Positions 10,301 to 23,700 of a stretch of DNA of 64,000 bases are shown one piece after another. Source of the DNA: Raillietiella orientalis (taxonomy: Eukaryota); contig JAYWIR010000031.1 in assembly GCA_036172245.1 (NCBI GenBank), positions 2,108,001 through 2,172,000 of the forward strand, read 5' to 3'. Position 1 is the first letter of the stretch; the number at the start of each line of letters is the position of its first letter. The notes under the pieces are model-generated. The model ran no database searches. It saw only the letters and a list, made by a program, of their open reading frames with translations, and was not told the origin of the DNA. The position numbers and the translations under genes are program-made.

Positions 10301-13300
10301 TCAGCTTCCTGGAATTACTATTTGGGAGATTGAAAACTTTCTTCCCTGTCAAATTGACGATAGTTTACATGGACACTTCTATAGTGGTGATTGCTATATA
10401 ATCCTCAGCACATTTGTTAATGAAGCAAATAATCTTGAATGGAAAATCTATTTTTGGATAGGGAGTGATTCAACTGTAAGTATAAATGTGGAATATTGAT
10501 ACCAAAGATTCATTAACTCAAAATTTACAGACCATGTGTAAAATACGTAATAAACAAATAACATAATTTATTCTTTGGTTATTGTAAATCCGAAAAATCA
10601 AAAATTTTAAATAATTCATAGCAATATTGCTCTATAAGATGAATGATGCAGAATTCTGTGGATAACTGTAGCAGATATGTAAAGCAGCCAATCTCCCCCA
10701 CTTAAGTTGATTGTCTGTTGCATTGATATAATATTGCTAGCAAGTGTGAGAAATATCCGTGGAGAGTGATGCTTTCATAGGACATTTTGTAGTTACTCAT
10801 TTAAAGATTAAAATTCGTTTTTTTAAAAAGTTTTGCTTGGCCAAACTAATTTAAAGTTTGCTTAAATTTGAAAAAACAAAGAAAAATGCAATTTCCAGAG
10901 CAAGTAATTTGAAATGAACGAAATTTGAGCATTCAGCCATAAGCATCGGAAAGTATATTATTTGTGTCGAGGGGAGTTCAAAAAATTTGCATATCTTTCA
11001 AATAAGCAGCTTACACAGAAGTATGCTTGGCTTGAAAAAAAATTTTTGCAGTATCTTTTCTTGCAAGAAACTTTGAGCTGAAGTCATTTCTGTGGTCATA
11101 TTTCCTGATAAGCATGTATTTTTCATGCCACCTTTATGTCAGCCATTTCCGTATTGGGGAAAATTCCTCTGGTCTATGTTAACTTCAGATTATGGGAATG
11201 AAAGAAGTGTTTTTTTCCTCCCCATAAAATTGATAGAACCAAAATTAAGATAGATCTTTGAAAGTCAATTTTCATGTTTTGCTTAAAGTGAATTAAAGAT
11301 GAGTAAAGTTTGCTCGCTTGTTTTACTTGGTTTTGTACTGAAATCCATGTTAGTTAATAAATGCATTTGTCAAGCGTGTTATTTTTAGATTGATAAAAAG
11401 ACGTGCTCTGCAATACATGCTGTTAATCTAAGGAATTACCTTCGGTGCACATGTCGTACCATAAGAATAGAACAAGGAGAAGAAACAAACGAATTCTTGA
11501 GTTTATTTGAGAATTTCATTTTGCTGCAGGGAAGCAGAACAGTTAGTGGGTTTTATACTGTGGAAAAACCCGTGAGTTATGTTTGTAATGAATTTTATCT
11601 ATAATTATTGATATCATTGAATCCATGATTGATCGAATGTTTCTAGAAGTGAAAATATATTTCATGAAATATTCTGATAAACAGCAGGGGGATGGAGTAA
11701 TTTCGAAAAATAGTCTTTCTGTTTACTTGCAAACTTTAGCTTGGAAGAATTTATTAAGATCAAATTGTACACAATATGATAAAATCAGGATTTTAGATTT
11801 TTATCTCTAATCCTCTTCTTCAGCAAATCTGTTTCGATATTAGATGTGAAGATATGAATTTATTTTAAACGATTTGCGATTTAAGATCAAATAAATCAAA
11901 TACTTTGATCTTGAAACTAACCAAAGGTTATCAGAATTTCATTGCAATTTGTAAAAACAAACACAAAGTGAACATTGCTAATCATTAAGTGTATAAAGTG
12001 TATAACATAATTCATTCATCTATAAACTATTTCTTTATTATTCTGAAAACTTATTTATAAATATTCGAAACTTTATAAGAAAATATCCATAAGAAGAATC
12101 ATAACTCTTCAAGTAATATTTGTGTGCACTAACTTTTACAGATGGTAAGAATAGACCTGTGTGAATGCGTATGATAATCACTGAAAACCTAGGTATACAT
12201 ATTCCTGAATTAAATTATGGAGAATGTTCATGGACCATTTTTAATTTCATGGATTCATTCATTTAGGTATTTGTTTATGATGTTTACAAAATTCGGTAAA
12301 CAACGGTATTCAAGAAATAAGAAGAAACACTACTCATGGTGTTGCTGTATTTATTTTAGCTTAAACAGCTGAACCATGATTTACTGTATTCGATGTAATT
12401 TTTATTCCAGTGTGTGTAGCATAGCATGCATCTAAATTGGAAGTCTATCATTACTATTTGTTGTTGAAGTATTCATAATTAATTTGCACTATATATTTGT
12501 GGCTTGGTAGTTCCTTAAAAATATTTATAATTATGTAAAAATTATTTTCATGTATACATTTTCTTCAATAGCGAGAGAGGGATGCAACAGCATTTTCAAA
12601 ATTGATATGTTATGTGTTTAAGGACTTTTCTATCTGTGTTGAGATATCAGAATTCTAAGTAAATGATCCAAGTGGAGAATGCATTAGTTGTGTTGATTTA
12701 AAAACGAAGAATGAATTTCGGCCATACATAGGTCTTCACAGTATTGTGTGGACGTTTTCTGGTACTTTTTCTACAGTTGATATAACTTCATTTTCGTTAA
12801 TTCATTTTTGCACATTTTGCAATAGTTAATTGTAAAATAATTCAGTCGCAGTATTCAATATAGAATCGTTATATTAGAAGTTGTTTTAAAAAGTGGATTC
12901 TTCAAATATTTTTTATGTGGATGGATTATATGGGAAAGGAAAACGAACTTCTTATTTGATAATTTTTGAACCATAGTTCGAGAACTGATTTGTCTGTTGT
13001 GGAAGGAAAAAAAATTAATGCATACATATTATTAATCAGTTCATGCAAGTATTGTTAACGATGTTTACAACAACTTAGAAATAAAAGTAACTTGCGATGT
13101 TTTGTAAAAATTGGTGTTAAATGCTTGAAGAGACATTGACTTGAATTTTCATCATAAAAAAAATGTTTTGAAAGCAGTGAGCATGCCCTGTTAATGGTTG
13201 TGGAAAACATCTTAAAATAATTTTCTTTCAGGAATATCCTCTGCGCCTGTATCAAATACATTGCAGTGGAATAAATGTATTTATGGAATCTGTTATGCTT

Positions 13301-16300
13301 CATCGCAAATCTCTGGATCAACATTTTTGTTACCTGCTTGATACTGAAAATAACATTTATTTATGGATGGGTGCATGCTCGAAAAAGACGGACCAATCTA
13401 AAACACGGTGTGGGTTCTACAAACCATGTATATAACACAAAGGATTATTTAGGTTACTGGCAGAAAAAATCAACAAAGTTGAAAAAAAAAGTTCCTCAGA
13501 CATACAGGTGTTAAGCTCGGAAAATCAGAATTCGGATTTCTGGGATTTCCTAACTCTAGATGATAAGGATTCTCATCAAGTGAGCCTGTTTTGCCGTTAT
13601 GCGTTTATATGTATAGTAATCACAATAAGGATAGCTTTATATGGCGGTAACTTTTTAATGTATGGGTATATATGTGCACCTTTCATTAATGCATGTAGCC
13701 CTTTTTTCAACTTTTAAGTCCTTACGTAATGTTGTAAAGTTACAAATCCTGTGGACCCTTGTTTTTAGTGTAAACGCGAAAGATCCCTTCTAGAAGTTAG
13801 AAAATTAAAGCCCTCGATAATTTATGCGGAATAATGTAATTGGCTTGGTTTTAGAGTGATGCTGTGAATGTAAAGCAGCATGATCTTATTTTGTTTAGCA
13901 GTGTATGATATTTATTGTGATCACTATAGGAGGCTGTTTGTCATACAATAACTTCAAAGCCCATTTTATATGAAGTTGGATTGGGATTAGGGTATTTGGA
14001 ACTCACGCAGATTGATAATTCCAGAAAAAGGTTGATTCCGTCTTTGTTACACACAAGTGGCTCATACATATTGGACTGCCATAATGATATGTTTGTTTGG
14101 TGAGTTTTCCTGTATTTATTTTAATATGAACATATTATGAAATCTTCAAATTGAATCAGAATTCATTGTTCCTTCGGTTTTACTTTCCTTATGTCAAGCA
14201 TTTTCCCAATACTTTGATTTGGTTCTGTAACTAATTACATGACTAGTAATGGTTCTTTCAGTGCTTCAAAATACTTCAATGGTACTTTTTTTTTTCTATT
14301 CATTAAATTTTTCCTCATAGAAGCCAACTATCAATAATGATTGGATAATTTATTTCAGAAGATAAATCACAGGTTGAAATTCTCAAAATAAAATGATCAA
14401 ATCTCAGGGTATTATGCACTGTTTTCATTGTCATGAGCAATTCAATTCTTTTCTTTTTTGTTGAAATTTTCGAACGATTGTAAATGATAATGTAAATGAT
14501 GATCGTGAGTCCGTGTGTGTGTGTGTTTTTGTTAAATGTCTTTGTGTTGTAGTGCTAGTAATTTTGAGAGCTAATAATTTTTGTCATATCCAGTTGAATA
14601 TAGTTCGGCTTTTGGTTTTTTGACACTATTGACATGCTTGTGCTGAGATCGCAAGACTATTTTACAGGCATCTTGGACTGCATTGCGATTGTATTTGATA
14701 TGTTTAGATCTTCTCAACTGTCTGAAACTTCAAGTAACTATTCCATTAGCATGAGCATTTGACTGAACTCTAAACTAGACGTGTGCCGTCTTCTTCATGC
14801 ACCAGCATTTTTACTAGTCATTACAGTACTCTAAAACTGAGTACGTTTGTTTTAGTTGTTGCATTGAAAAGCATGTAAAATCCGTGAACGCATCAAATAT
14901 CCGTGTATCGTATATGTATGCCGTCTTCTCACTTAATCATGTTGTAACGGTGTATGCAAACAAACTACTTCGTTAATCATTTCATAGGATAGGTTTGAAG
15001 TCGAGTCGCTTGTTGCGAGCTGCAGTCTTTAAACTGGCACAGGAGCTGTTCCGGATGCTGGAAAGACCCAGTTACTCCATGATCTACAAGATATTAGAGG
15101 GAACAGAGACGGTTGCGTTCAAATCGAAATTCACCGGATGGGATAATGTTATTGCTGTCGATTTCACGCGAACGGCGAATTCAGTTGCAAGGACGGGAGT
15201 GGATTTGAAAAAATGGGCAGAAAATCAGCCGATGAAGGTATGGGGTATGTATGTGACATGCTCTCATAGTTCGTTATGTTCTTGAGGCGGACCTGGTTGC
15301 CCTGTTCATGCCTATGCAACAAGTGATGCTGTATGAAGAAGCGATTCAGTTGTCCGATGAATGGAACGAAGATCTTGAGGTTATGGATGCATATGTTTTG
15401 GAAGGGAAGAAATTTGCTCGGTTGCCAGAAAGTGAATTGGGTATTATGAAAATTTTTCCAGTATACATCATACATTTGTGTGTTTGTATCATCTACATGC
15501 GTATATTTGCATAATTGTCGGCATCGCTAGAAGCCAACGTAAAAATTAGGGAATATTTTCAAACAGCTCCATGCCAGTTCACTTTCCCCGTTTACTTCTT
15601 TAGTCTTAGCTGGCATGTTCGGCGTTTTACCAGTGTACCGTACGCATAAATTTAACCCGTGTGCGGTGGAAGGTATGGAGGTGTAGCTCAAAAGATTGAA
15701 ATCCGAGGTTTCATATTTTACTGATACATTCTAAATAAGATCTTTATGTCGGAAGTAAAGTTACTATTGAACGAAGTTTTCATGCGGAGTCGACGGTTCT
15801 GTTTATACGTTTCATCATCATTGGTTCCAAACGATTAAATTTGCAAGTCAGGGGTGCAGAAATGACGAACTGCCCTTGCATTAGTTGTTGAGACAGTAAA
15901 TTGCATTGAAGGACTGAGGAATCTTGCAAGTAATTTGATGCATCCTTTTGAGAAACCGCAACTTATCCAACCGTATGCCTTTATGGTTGGATAAGTTGCG
16001 TGCGCCAAAAATTGTATGTAAATTCAGGGTACACTGATGTCTTCCCTAATGCTTGGAAGAGACCGAAGTTCAATGAAAATGTCAGTTTTTTCCATGTTGA
16101 GATAACGGATTGATGATACCCTGTATTTTCCTTACTTGACCCGGAAAATATTTGCGTTTCCCCGCGATTTCATACCTGGATGCACTTCGGTTTCCCACAT
16201 TCGATCGCCAGAGTTTATGTAAGAATTCCATCAAGAATTTCATTCCCCCCCCCTCCCGTGCTGTCCAAATGCCCATTGATTTCGAATGATTGCGACGGCA

Positions 16301-17845
16301 GCTGGGTAGTGAATCCGTGTTCCATTCATCCGATCCATTTCGTGTAAATTTGCTTTTCTAAAACTCGACCAGACGTACTCTGTTGAGGAAGCTGTGAGGA
16401 ATACACTGAATCTTTACAGGTCATTTTCACAGCGGGGATTGCTATGTGTTTCTCTGCCGCTACTGGCTGCAGTCAGAGTGTTCAAACACGGAGAGTAAAG
16501 AGGACGTTCCTTCTCAGGAGGATGATTTTCAGTGCATCATATACTTTTGGCAAGGTCGCCACGCATCCAAAATGGGATGGCTAATATTCAAATTTAATCT
16601 GTGGAAGAAGTTCGAATCCCTCTTCCCCGGAAAATTAGAAACCATAAAAATGTGCCAGCAGCAGGAAAATCTGAAATTCATGTCACACTTCCGCCGTAAA
16701 TTTATCATTCATAAAGGCAAACGATGTGACGCGAAAGGAAACGTCGAGTTCTTCCACATCCGCACGAATGGAAATCCTATATGTACAAGGTGTATTCAAA
16801 TAAAACCCAGTGCAAGTCTCCTGAATTCGTCCTTCTGGTATATACTTATGTTTTGTTTTCACGCTTTCCCTTCACTTTTCACTGCTACCACCTCGACTGC
16901 CCCCCGCCAAGGGACACCGAAAGGGCCTTCTTCTCCTTCCACCCCATTCTAACAGTTTCCGTCATTGGTTTGATTGTAATGCTTCCGTACCTTAAAGCCG
17001 CGGAGTTGTGACGGGGTGTACTGATTCCTGGAAATGGGGAATTTACCGTAATACGTGCAATTTGGAAAAGGAAAAGGGGAAAAATTTTGTGTGTCACTGC
17101 TAAGAATTTTTGAAATGTTTTGTAGCTACATTCTCATTGTGCATTTCGACTCCCAAATCGAAAATGGGATTAAGTATGTGTGGATTGGAGAGAAAGCCAT
17201 TCCGGATGAAGTTGCATTAGCAGAAGAAATAGCCTTAAAGCTTTATCCAAAGGTGTTTATGTGAAATGTCGTCATGACGAATTCTCAGTAGTATTCCATT
17301 CAGTTGGTTTGCGAAGGGGAAGAGCCGGAGAATTTTTTTTGGCATGGTTTGGGAGGCAAGCAGGAGTACGAAAAAGATGGCACTTTTATCCAACACTTGC
17401 GTTTGTTTCGATGTTCGAACGAGAAAGGCTATTTTTCCATCTCCGAAAAATGTCAGGATTTCTGTCAGGTATTATCTCTCGGATTTTCCTTCGTGCCTTA
17501 TTGATTTTCTCAAATTTGCTGTCAAGGATGATTTGGAAGACGAAGACATTATGATTCTTGATAATGGGTCTTCGGTGTTCCTTTGGTTAGGTTCTCAGTG
17601 TAGTGATGTTGAGATCAAAATGGCGTACAAATCTGTTCAGGTATGTGTGTGTGTAACGAATAAAGATACTCAAAATTGGTTCCCCCCCCCCCTTTTTTTT
17701 TTTTTACTTTTTCTTTTTCTAGGCATACATTAAACACTTAAAAATCAGCGAACCGGCGAAGCCAAGAAACCTGTATCTTACTTTCAAGTCCAAAGAATCC
17801 AAGCGCTTTCAGATGTGTTTCCATGGCTGGGATGACGACACATAG
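4356..17845 (+). CDS. FLII: Protein flightless-1 (LRR plus gelsolin repeats), about 21 coding exons
   Basis: Exon 1 4356-4430 [25 protein letters not shown]. Further exons approx. 4633-4743, 5455-5692, 5753-5914, 6062-6282, 6752-6968, 7949-8178, 8663-8757, 9935-10002, 10229-10475, 11389-11571, 13231-13408, 13453-13579, 13930-14099, 14988-15237, 15287-15440, 16421-16837, 17126-17252, 17292-17468, 17528-17640, 17723-17845. Motifs [39 protein letters not shown], terminal CFHGW. Confidence 0.97.
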
Positions 17846-18449
17846 CAACCCAGCCGATCACTGTGCTTTTGGAAAATATGACATTCTCTCATGCTGAATC
17901 CAAATTTACCGTCATCCGTACAGATTTTTGTTGCGTGCTTCGGTCGTTCCGAGTGCTTCTTTACATGAACTTTGCTGCTGTTGAAATGGCCATGAAATAG
18001 TCGAAATTGCATGGCTTGAAGTTATCAATTGCCGTTGCTATCTGTTTCGCTCTCCCATATGTTTCCCGCGTGTGTACACCTTCGGAGTGAAGGAATTCCA
18101 ATTTGCAAAAGGGCTTGGGCTGCAATGAAAGGATCGAATCTCTCCAGCCCTTCCTGCAACTACGTACGAAACACCCTGGAATGGCCGTGAACTTTTTTGT
18201 CAGGCCCGGCGCTTCCTGGTTAGAAATGGTTCAGAGGCGTTTCATTGAAAATGAATAAATCTGGACATGCTATTTTCAACCTTTCCAAGATTGCACGAAT
18301 TTTGTAAATATCTGTTCAGATGGTGCTTTGGAGGGGAGGGGGGAGGCAGCAACTCTCTCCTGCTACTTTTGATTAAATTCTGAAGTGGGGTTTTTTCCTA
18401 ATTTGAGGAGCTCGGTTTTTCAGAGTGAATGCTCGGGCGGAATTTTTTT

Positions 18450-20090
18450 GCTTGCCCCCCCCCCCCCCCCATCAGTTCGATTCCACTGCGTTGTGCAGTA
18501 GAGATTCGTGGTAATCGCACTCTATCAAATGATCCTGGTGAAGCACGATTTTGCAGTGGAGATGCGAGGCTTGTAGGGAGTGGGGAGTCGTTGAAGAAGA
18601 CACAGCCCAGCACCAGGCCAGCTTGAAGCCGCCAAAGAACCGCCAAAGCCGTTGAAAATTTCGCAAAAGACATGTGAGAGAGAGATCCTTGCTGTGAGGA
18701 TCTTTGCTCTCATTTCGATCGAAAACCTCGGCAAACGCGTGGTAAATGGTGAACCGAGGCGTGACGAGAATGCCGTTCGGATTTGGGATTCCTCTGTACA
18801 TTATGGTGCTCATTCAGAGAGCATCATTCGTTGAAACCTCTTCGGCTTTACCACGAGTGGTGCGCGAGAGTAAAGGTGCAGCAGCAGGACCGAGTGACTG
18901 GCAGAAACGTGATAAGAAATGGCTTTGCTGTGCATTCTTCTTTTGATTGCATAACGAGTCGTAAACGACTGTAGCCGCCACGGCCGCTTTTCAAGATCCT
19001 TCCCCGGAGGGAGAACCAGGTAGACACGAATCCCTTTAAATCCCATATATTTTGATTGCCAAGGACGTGTAAATTGAAATGAATTCTTGGCGTTTCTGTG
19101 GAGTAGTGTGTTTTTTTTTTTTTTGTTTTTTCTTCCTCCAGTTTTTGCATTCACTTTCATTTGTTATTGGTTTAAATTGACCACCGCTGATCCCCGTCAG
19201 TTCACGACGACGAATGTGCTGAGTGACTGACGATGAGCAAATCGTTCGAATTAGGAACTCTCTCATCTGTGGTGCCGCCGCCGCCGGTTGCATTCCGGAA
19301 AACGAAGGTTTATCTGCGGAAAGACGGAGTTCTGGCTCTCCACGGAAGGTATGGCAATGCTTTCAGGAAGATGGTGAAGCTAATCCCATTTTTCAAGTGG
19401 AGTAGCTCGAGGCGGAACCAGCTCAAAGCTCGTCTTGGTTTTCTCTGCTGACGATTCCAATCGGAATCAAACCACCGGCCACTCCTCCTCCAAGTAGGTA
19501 AGTTCTTTTCCGCCGGACTTTACGTTGACGTTAGTTCAGTTCCGATTCATATCGGTTTTTAGAAACGAACGTATCTGTTTTATGTTTCTTCACTCCGTTT
19601 TATCAAAGCGAAAAAAAAAAAAAAAAAAAAAAAGAAGCAAATCTGTGGTTTGCACTTTTTCTCAATCCCTCTCTTTCGCGTTGTTTGAACAAAAAAATAA
19701 GAACGGAGAAGACCCCATCGTTCCTTCGAGGCTGCCATTCGAAATAGTCTCCACTCGGAGGCCGCCTGAGGTTTGGTGGTACAAAAACTCCCATATGCCT
19801 GAAGGTGAGAAGCGTTCCCCGGAACCTGGATTAGCACTTCCATTAGGGGAACAGGCCGAGTAGCGTGCACCAGAAAAGGACTTGGTAACCAAGTACGATT
19901 TAAAATTCCTCATTTTTTGCTTTTTTTTTTTGCTTTTGTCGAGCTGAAAACGAGGTTGATGCGGACGTGTGTACAAATATCGTGGTTTCGTATACCATCT
20001 TACCGTAGCAAGCTTTTTCAGCTGATGGAGATGTGTTCTTTGCAGATCAAGAAGCGACGCCGCCCTTGTGGAATAAGACGCTGTTTCCAT
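18450..20090 (-). mobile_element. Highly decayed L1/Tx1-like reverse transcriptase remnant
   Basis: Frameshifted pieces in expected RT order: PVPLMEVL..PG/GIWEFLY (~19850-19780), DQxKAFDxV-like (~19430), HIRRRELTGI (~19200); interrupted by poly-A/T tracts. Confidence 0.35.
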
Positions 20091-20752
20091 CTATACGTTT
20101 GGAGAATTTAAAAACAGCACTCAATTTCTCTTTGGACCCCCCCCCCCCCCAAATTTTTGTTTTCCTCAAAGTAAGTTGATAAACTCGGCAGCGATAAAGA
20201 TAGTCACATTTCCGATGCTTAGTATGATTGAGGTCTCCAAGATGGGGTTTCCTTGAGATTTTCTGTGCGCAGAGAATCTCAAAAGATGCGGCATCTCATC
20301 GTGGTAAGAAGGGGGGGCGGCGGGGAGCATCGAAATCGAGTTTCCTTAATTGACTCAAATGAGTCGTAATAGATATGTGTTCATTGATATGAATTGTTAA
20401 AAAAAAACTTTGTTAAAAAAAGAAAAAAAGTCCCCCAAAAAATTGAAGTATTAATAATCCTCAAATAAAGTGCGCTATGGATTTTTAAAACAACAGTTCC
20501 TATTTATAAAGAAAAAAAAACCAATAATACATTTTTCAAAAATAACTGAACATCGTATAAAATCCCTGATCAATAACGGGAATTTTTTCACCTTTAAATG
20601 TGGTTTTTTTTTTTTTTTTTTTTTTTCCCCTCCTCCCCCCCGCCATACTACGCAGTGCAAGCAGTTTTTGTGTTCCAATTTGGAAATTTGGAAATGGTTC
20701 AACTTCATGGAAGACAAAATCAAATGCAAAGGGTCGCAAATCGCAGTGTGCA

Positions 20753-23700
20753 ATGTCAGATGCAGAATCACCAAGCAGGATATCGAGGCGGGTAGCCTTA
20801 TTTAATCAAAAGATAGACGAGCACGAGCAGATGCAACTGAAAAACCCATTCTCAGGACGATTTCAACGTGAAGTGCCCCACTTTTCGAAAGATGAAAAAG
20901 ATTATGGCAGGTACCGTTGTTTCGTGCTTTGCAGGGAAGAGCAATTTTTCCTTTCCCTTCGGAATCGGAATGCATAGAAAGGACCGAATCCAAAGTTTTG
21001 TGTGTCGAATCTCTCATCCGAAAATCGTTGCACGTCTTCGAACAGCCGATACACTCGAAATATCCCGGATGAATATCGCGGCGGCGGTCGCAAGGAATTT
21101 CCAAAAGGAATAGGGATACATGCAGCTAAGATGTTGTTGCTTCTTGGAAACCGGATACGGAGAAGATCCTGCAGACTGTCTAATTAGCGGATGAGAATCC
21201 CTCCTGATTGTGGATCGTCGTCATCGCTGCTCCTTCTCATCGCCGTGTTTTGTGAATTGTGATCACAGGGATCCAGGATGGCGAGGAACACAGTGGTGGT
21301 TGCAGTTTTCGCAGTGTGACGCTCGCGAATGCTTAATAGGCGAAAAGTTGATCGTTCGTGGAAGTTTGAGGTTAGCACGATCTGCTGTGGACCACTTTCA
21401 GTTAGCCTGCAGGGTTCGCACATCCCGAAGAGTTGGAAGTGTTTGGTCCTTGCTCTGGCTGTGCACTGCATCTTTCTATCGAATTCCTCATGCTGTACGA
21501 AGATGAACGTCTTTGACGGCATCCATTGATTCTCGGTGTGAATTGGAAAAAGAAATCATTGAGATATATCCAAATACACCCTTTCCAAAAAAAAAAAAAA
21601 GCTGTGCTTCAACTTGGAAAACATCAATTTGAATCTCAATTAATTTTCGGAGCAATTTTAGTTTGCTTGTATTTTTTGGCCCCCCAAAATGATCAGCTTT
21701 CTTTTCAGTGACCTGTGTGGTTTTTTTTTTTTTCTTTTTGGAAACTAAGTTTGTTTTCGTCAGCGTAGACTTCCTGTTTACCATTGCGGATAAAACCCCT
21801 AGCAGTGTTTTTTTCCTAATCACAATCAGTATTTTTTATTGCGACCCCCCCCCCCCCTTTTTTTTTATTGCTTATTATTCAGATGAAGGAAATTTAGTCT
21901 TAGGCAGTTGTATATGAAAGTGCGATTCCTAGTTTTTGGATTTCGGTGGCAAAATGTGAATTTCCTCAGACCCGTCGAAGGCTCGAAGACAGACCGTCGT
22001 GGTAAGCAAGCATCTGCACATGTCAAAAAGGAAATGAAGTTACTCTGCGATATTATCTACAAATACGGAGAGCAGTTTGATGATGGCACCGCAGTGATAC
22101 CATTCAAAGAAATCTTTCAGGTGAACGCATGCCTTCTCAAGTGAATTCAATCAAAACAGCTCTCGATCTTAGATATACAGCAGGATTTCGAACAAGTGCG
22201 TGGGCATCCTGTTAAGAGCTCGCAAGCATGACCTCGTGACCTTTGAAGGAGAGATCCTTCTTCAGGTAGCCATTTTTATTTTCCTTGCAGTTGGTTTGCT
22301 GTATCAGTGTTTGCAATGTTCTGCAGCTTGCATTCTTACTCTCAGCCCTTATTATTACTTGCGCCAGTGTAATAGAAAATTTTCAATTTTAATAAACGTT
22401 AAATAAGTCTGGTTTGCCTACGTGTAACGTAAGATAGAAAGATACCAATTGGGAACGCATTATTAGTGTGAGCGGTACTCTTAGTCTCATAGGTCATTAT
22501 GTATCCGGATTCTGTTTACTCAGTGTATTGCTCTGTCTTAAAGGTAAACTCTTGCACATTCCAAGTCTTAGAAACTGGGAAGTAAAATTGCTTAGAGAAA
22601 AATATCCGTACTTGTAATGGTCTGCGGAACTCAGTAGGCAGCCTGAAAATTTATTTACGTTGCTGTCGTAGCAATTCTGATACCAAGTAGTGAACGATCC
22701 GGAGATTATTCTCGCAGTTTGCATGAGAGGGTTTTTTTTTTTTTTTTTTTTTTTGGCATAATGATTCGTGGTTGCATTAATTATGGCGGGGATTTTTCTT
22801 GAATCACCATCTGGGTTTCGATTAGATACAGGTAGTCCTCGACTTGCGACGGTTCGCAATTACGACGGCCAATCCTCTAACTTTGCCTCCGGCACATACA
22901 TGCGTAATGTCAGTCTCGGTCCTCTCCTGATGCTGGTACCGGTGAATTCCCCGAGCTTGCTAGAGGAGTGCTGGAGGGGATTCTAAAGTTCCAGGGATTC
23001 TTCTAACTTATTGCAGCTTTTGGCGCGTTCATTGATCATCGGCAGTGGAAGTGTTCATTACGGTCGTTGCAGTTTTTGTGTTTCGTCGTAACGCTATTGC
23101 GTTTGGCAAGAGAAACGATGCTGCTGATGAAAATTCTAGCATGATAAAAAAGGCAAGGAAAGCTTTCAGCTTAGATGTTAAAATGAAGGTCATTAAAGCA
23201 TATGATAAAGGAAGGAGAAGTCCGTGAAAAGTATCGCGTTCAGCTCTTTCACAGCAGACATTCGAAGAGTACAGTGAACATACTATCTTCATGGAACAAA
23301 TTGATGAGGAGATCGTAAAAATTGCAAAAAAAGATGGATCTAGAAATCAAGATTACCGACATGGAAGAATTGGTAGAACACGAAGGAGGTGAACTTACTG
23401 ATCCAAATTTAATTAACAATTAATGAATTTCCAAAACGAAAGAGTTGAAGAAGAAGAAGAAGAAGAAGAAGGGAAGAATGAGGAGGAAGATGAAAAAGAG
23501 AAATCGTTAAAAGGATCGTACTGTAAAAGGATTTACTAGACGAAATCAAGGACTTCAGCCACTCGAAAACGTGGATCAAGAGACACGGGTCGCTTCTCCA
23601 AAGTCGAAAATTCGCGAAGCACTTACTTAAATGTTACCATCACGAAATATGTGAAGAAAAAAGAAAAAAACAACAACAGACAGCACTAGCTAATTTTTTT

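Noticed and set aside
10960..11000. CGAGGGGAGTTCAAAAA resembling a mariner TIR
   Set aside because: No matching second end or transposase found.
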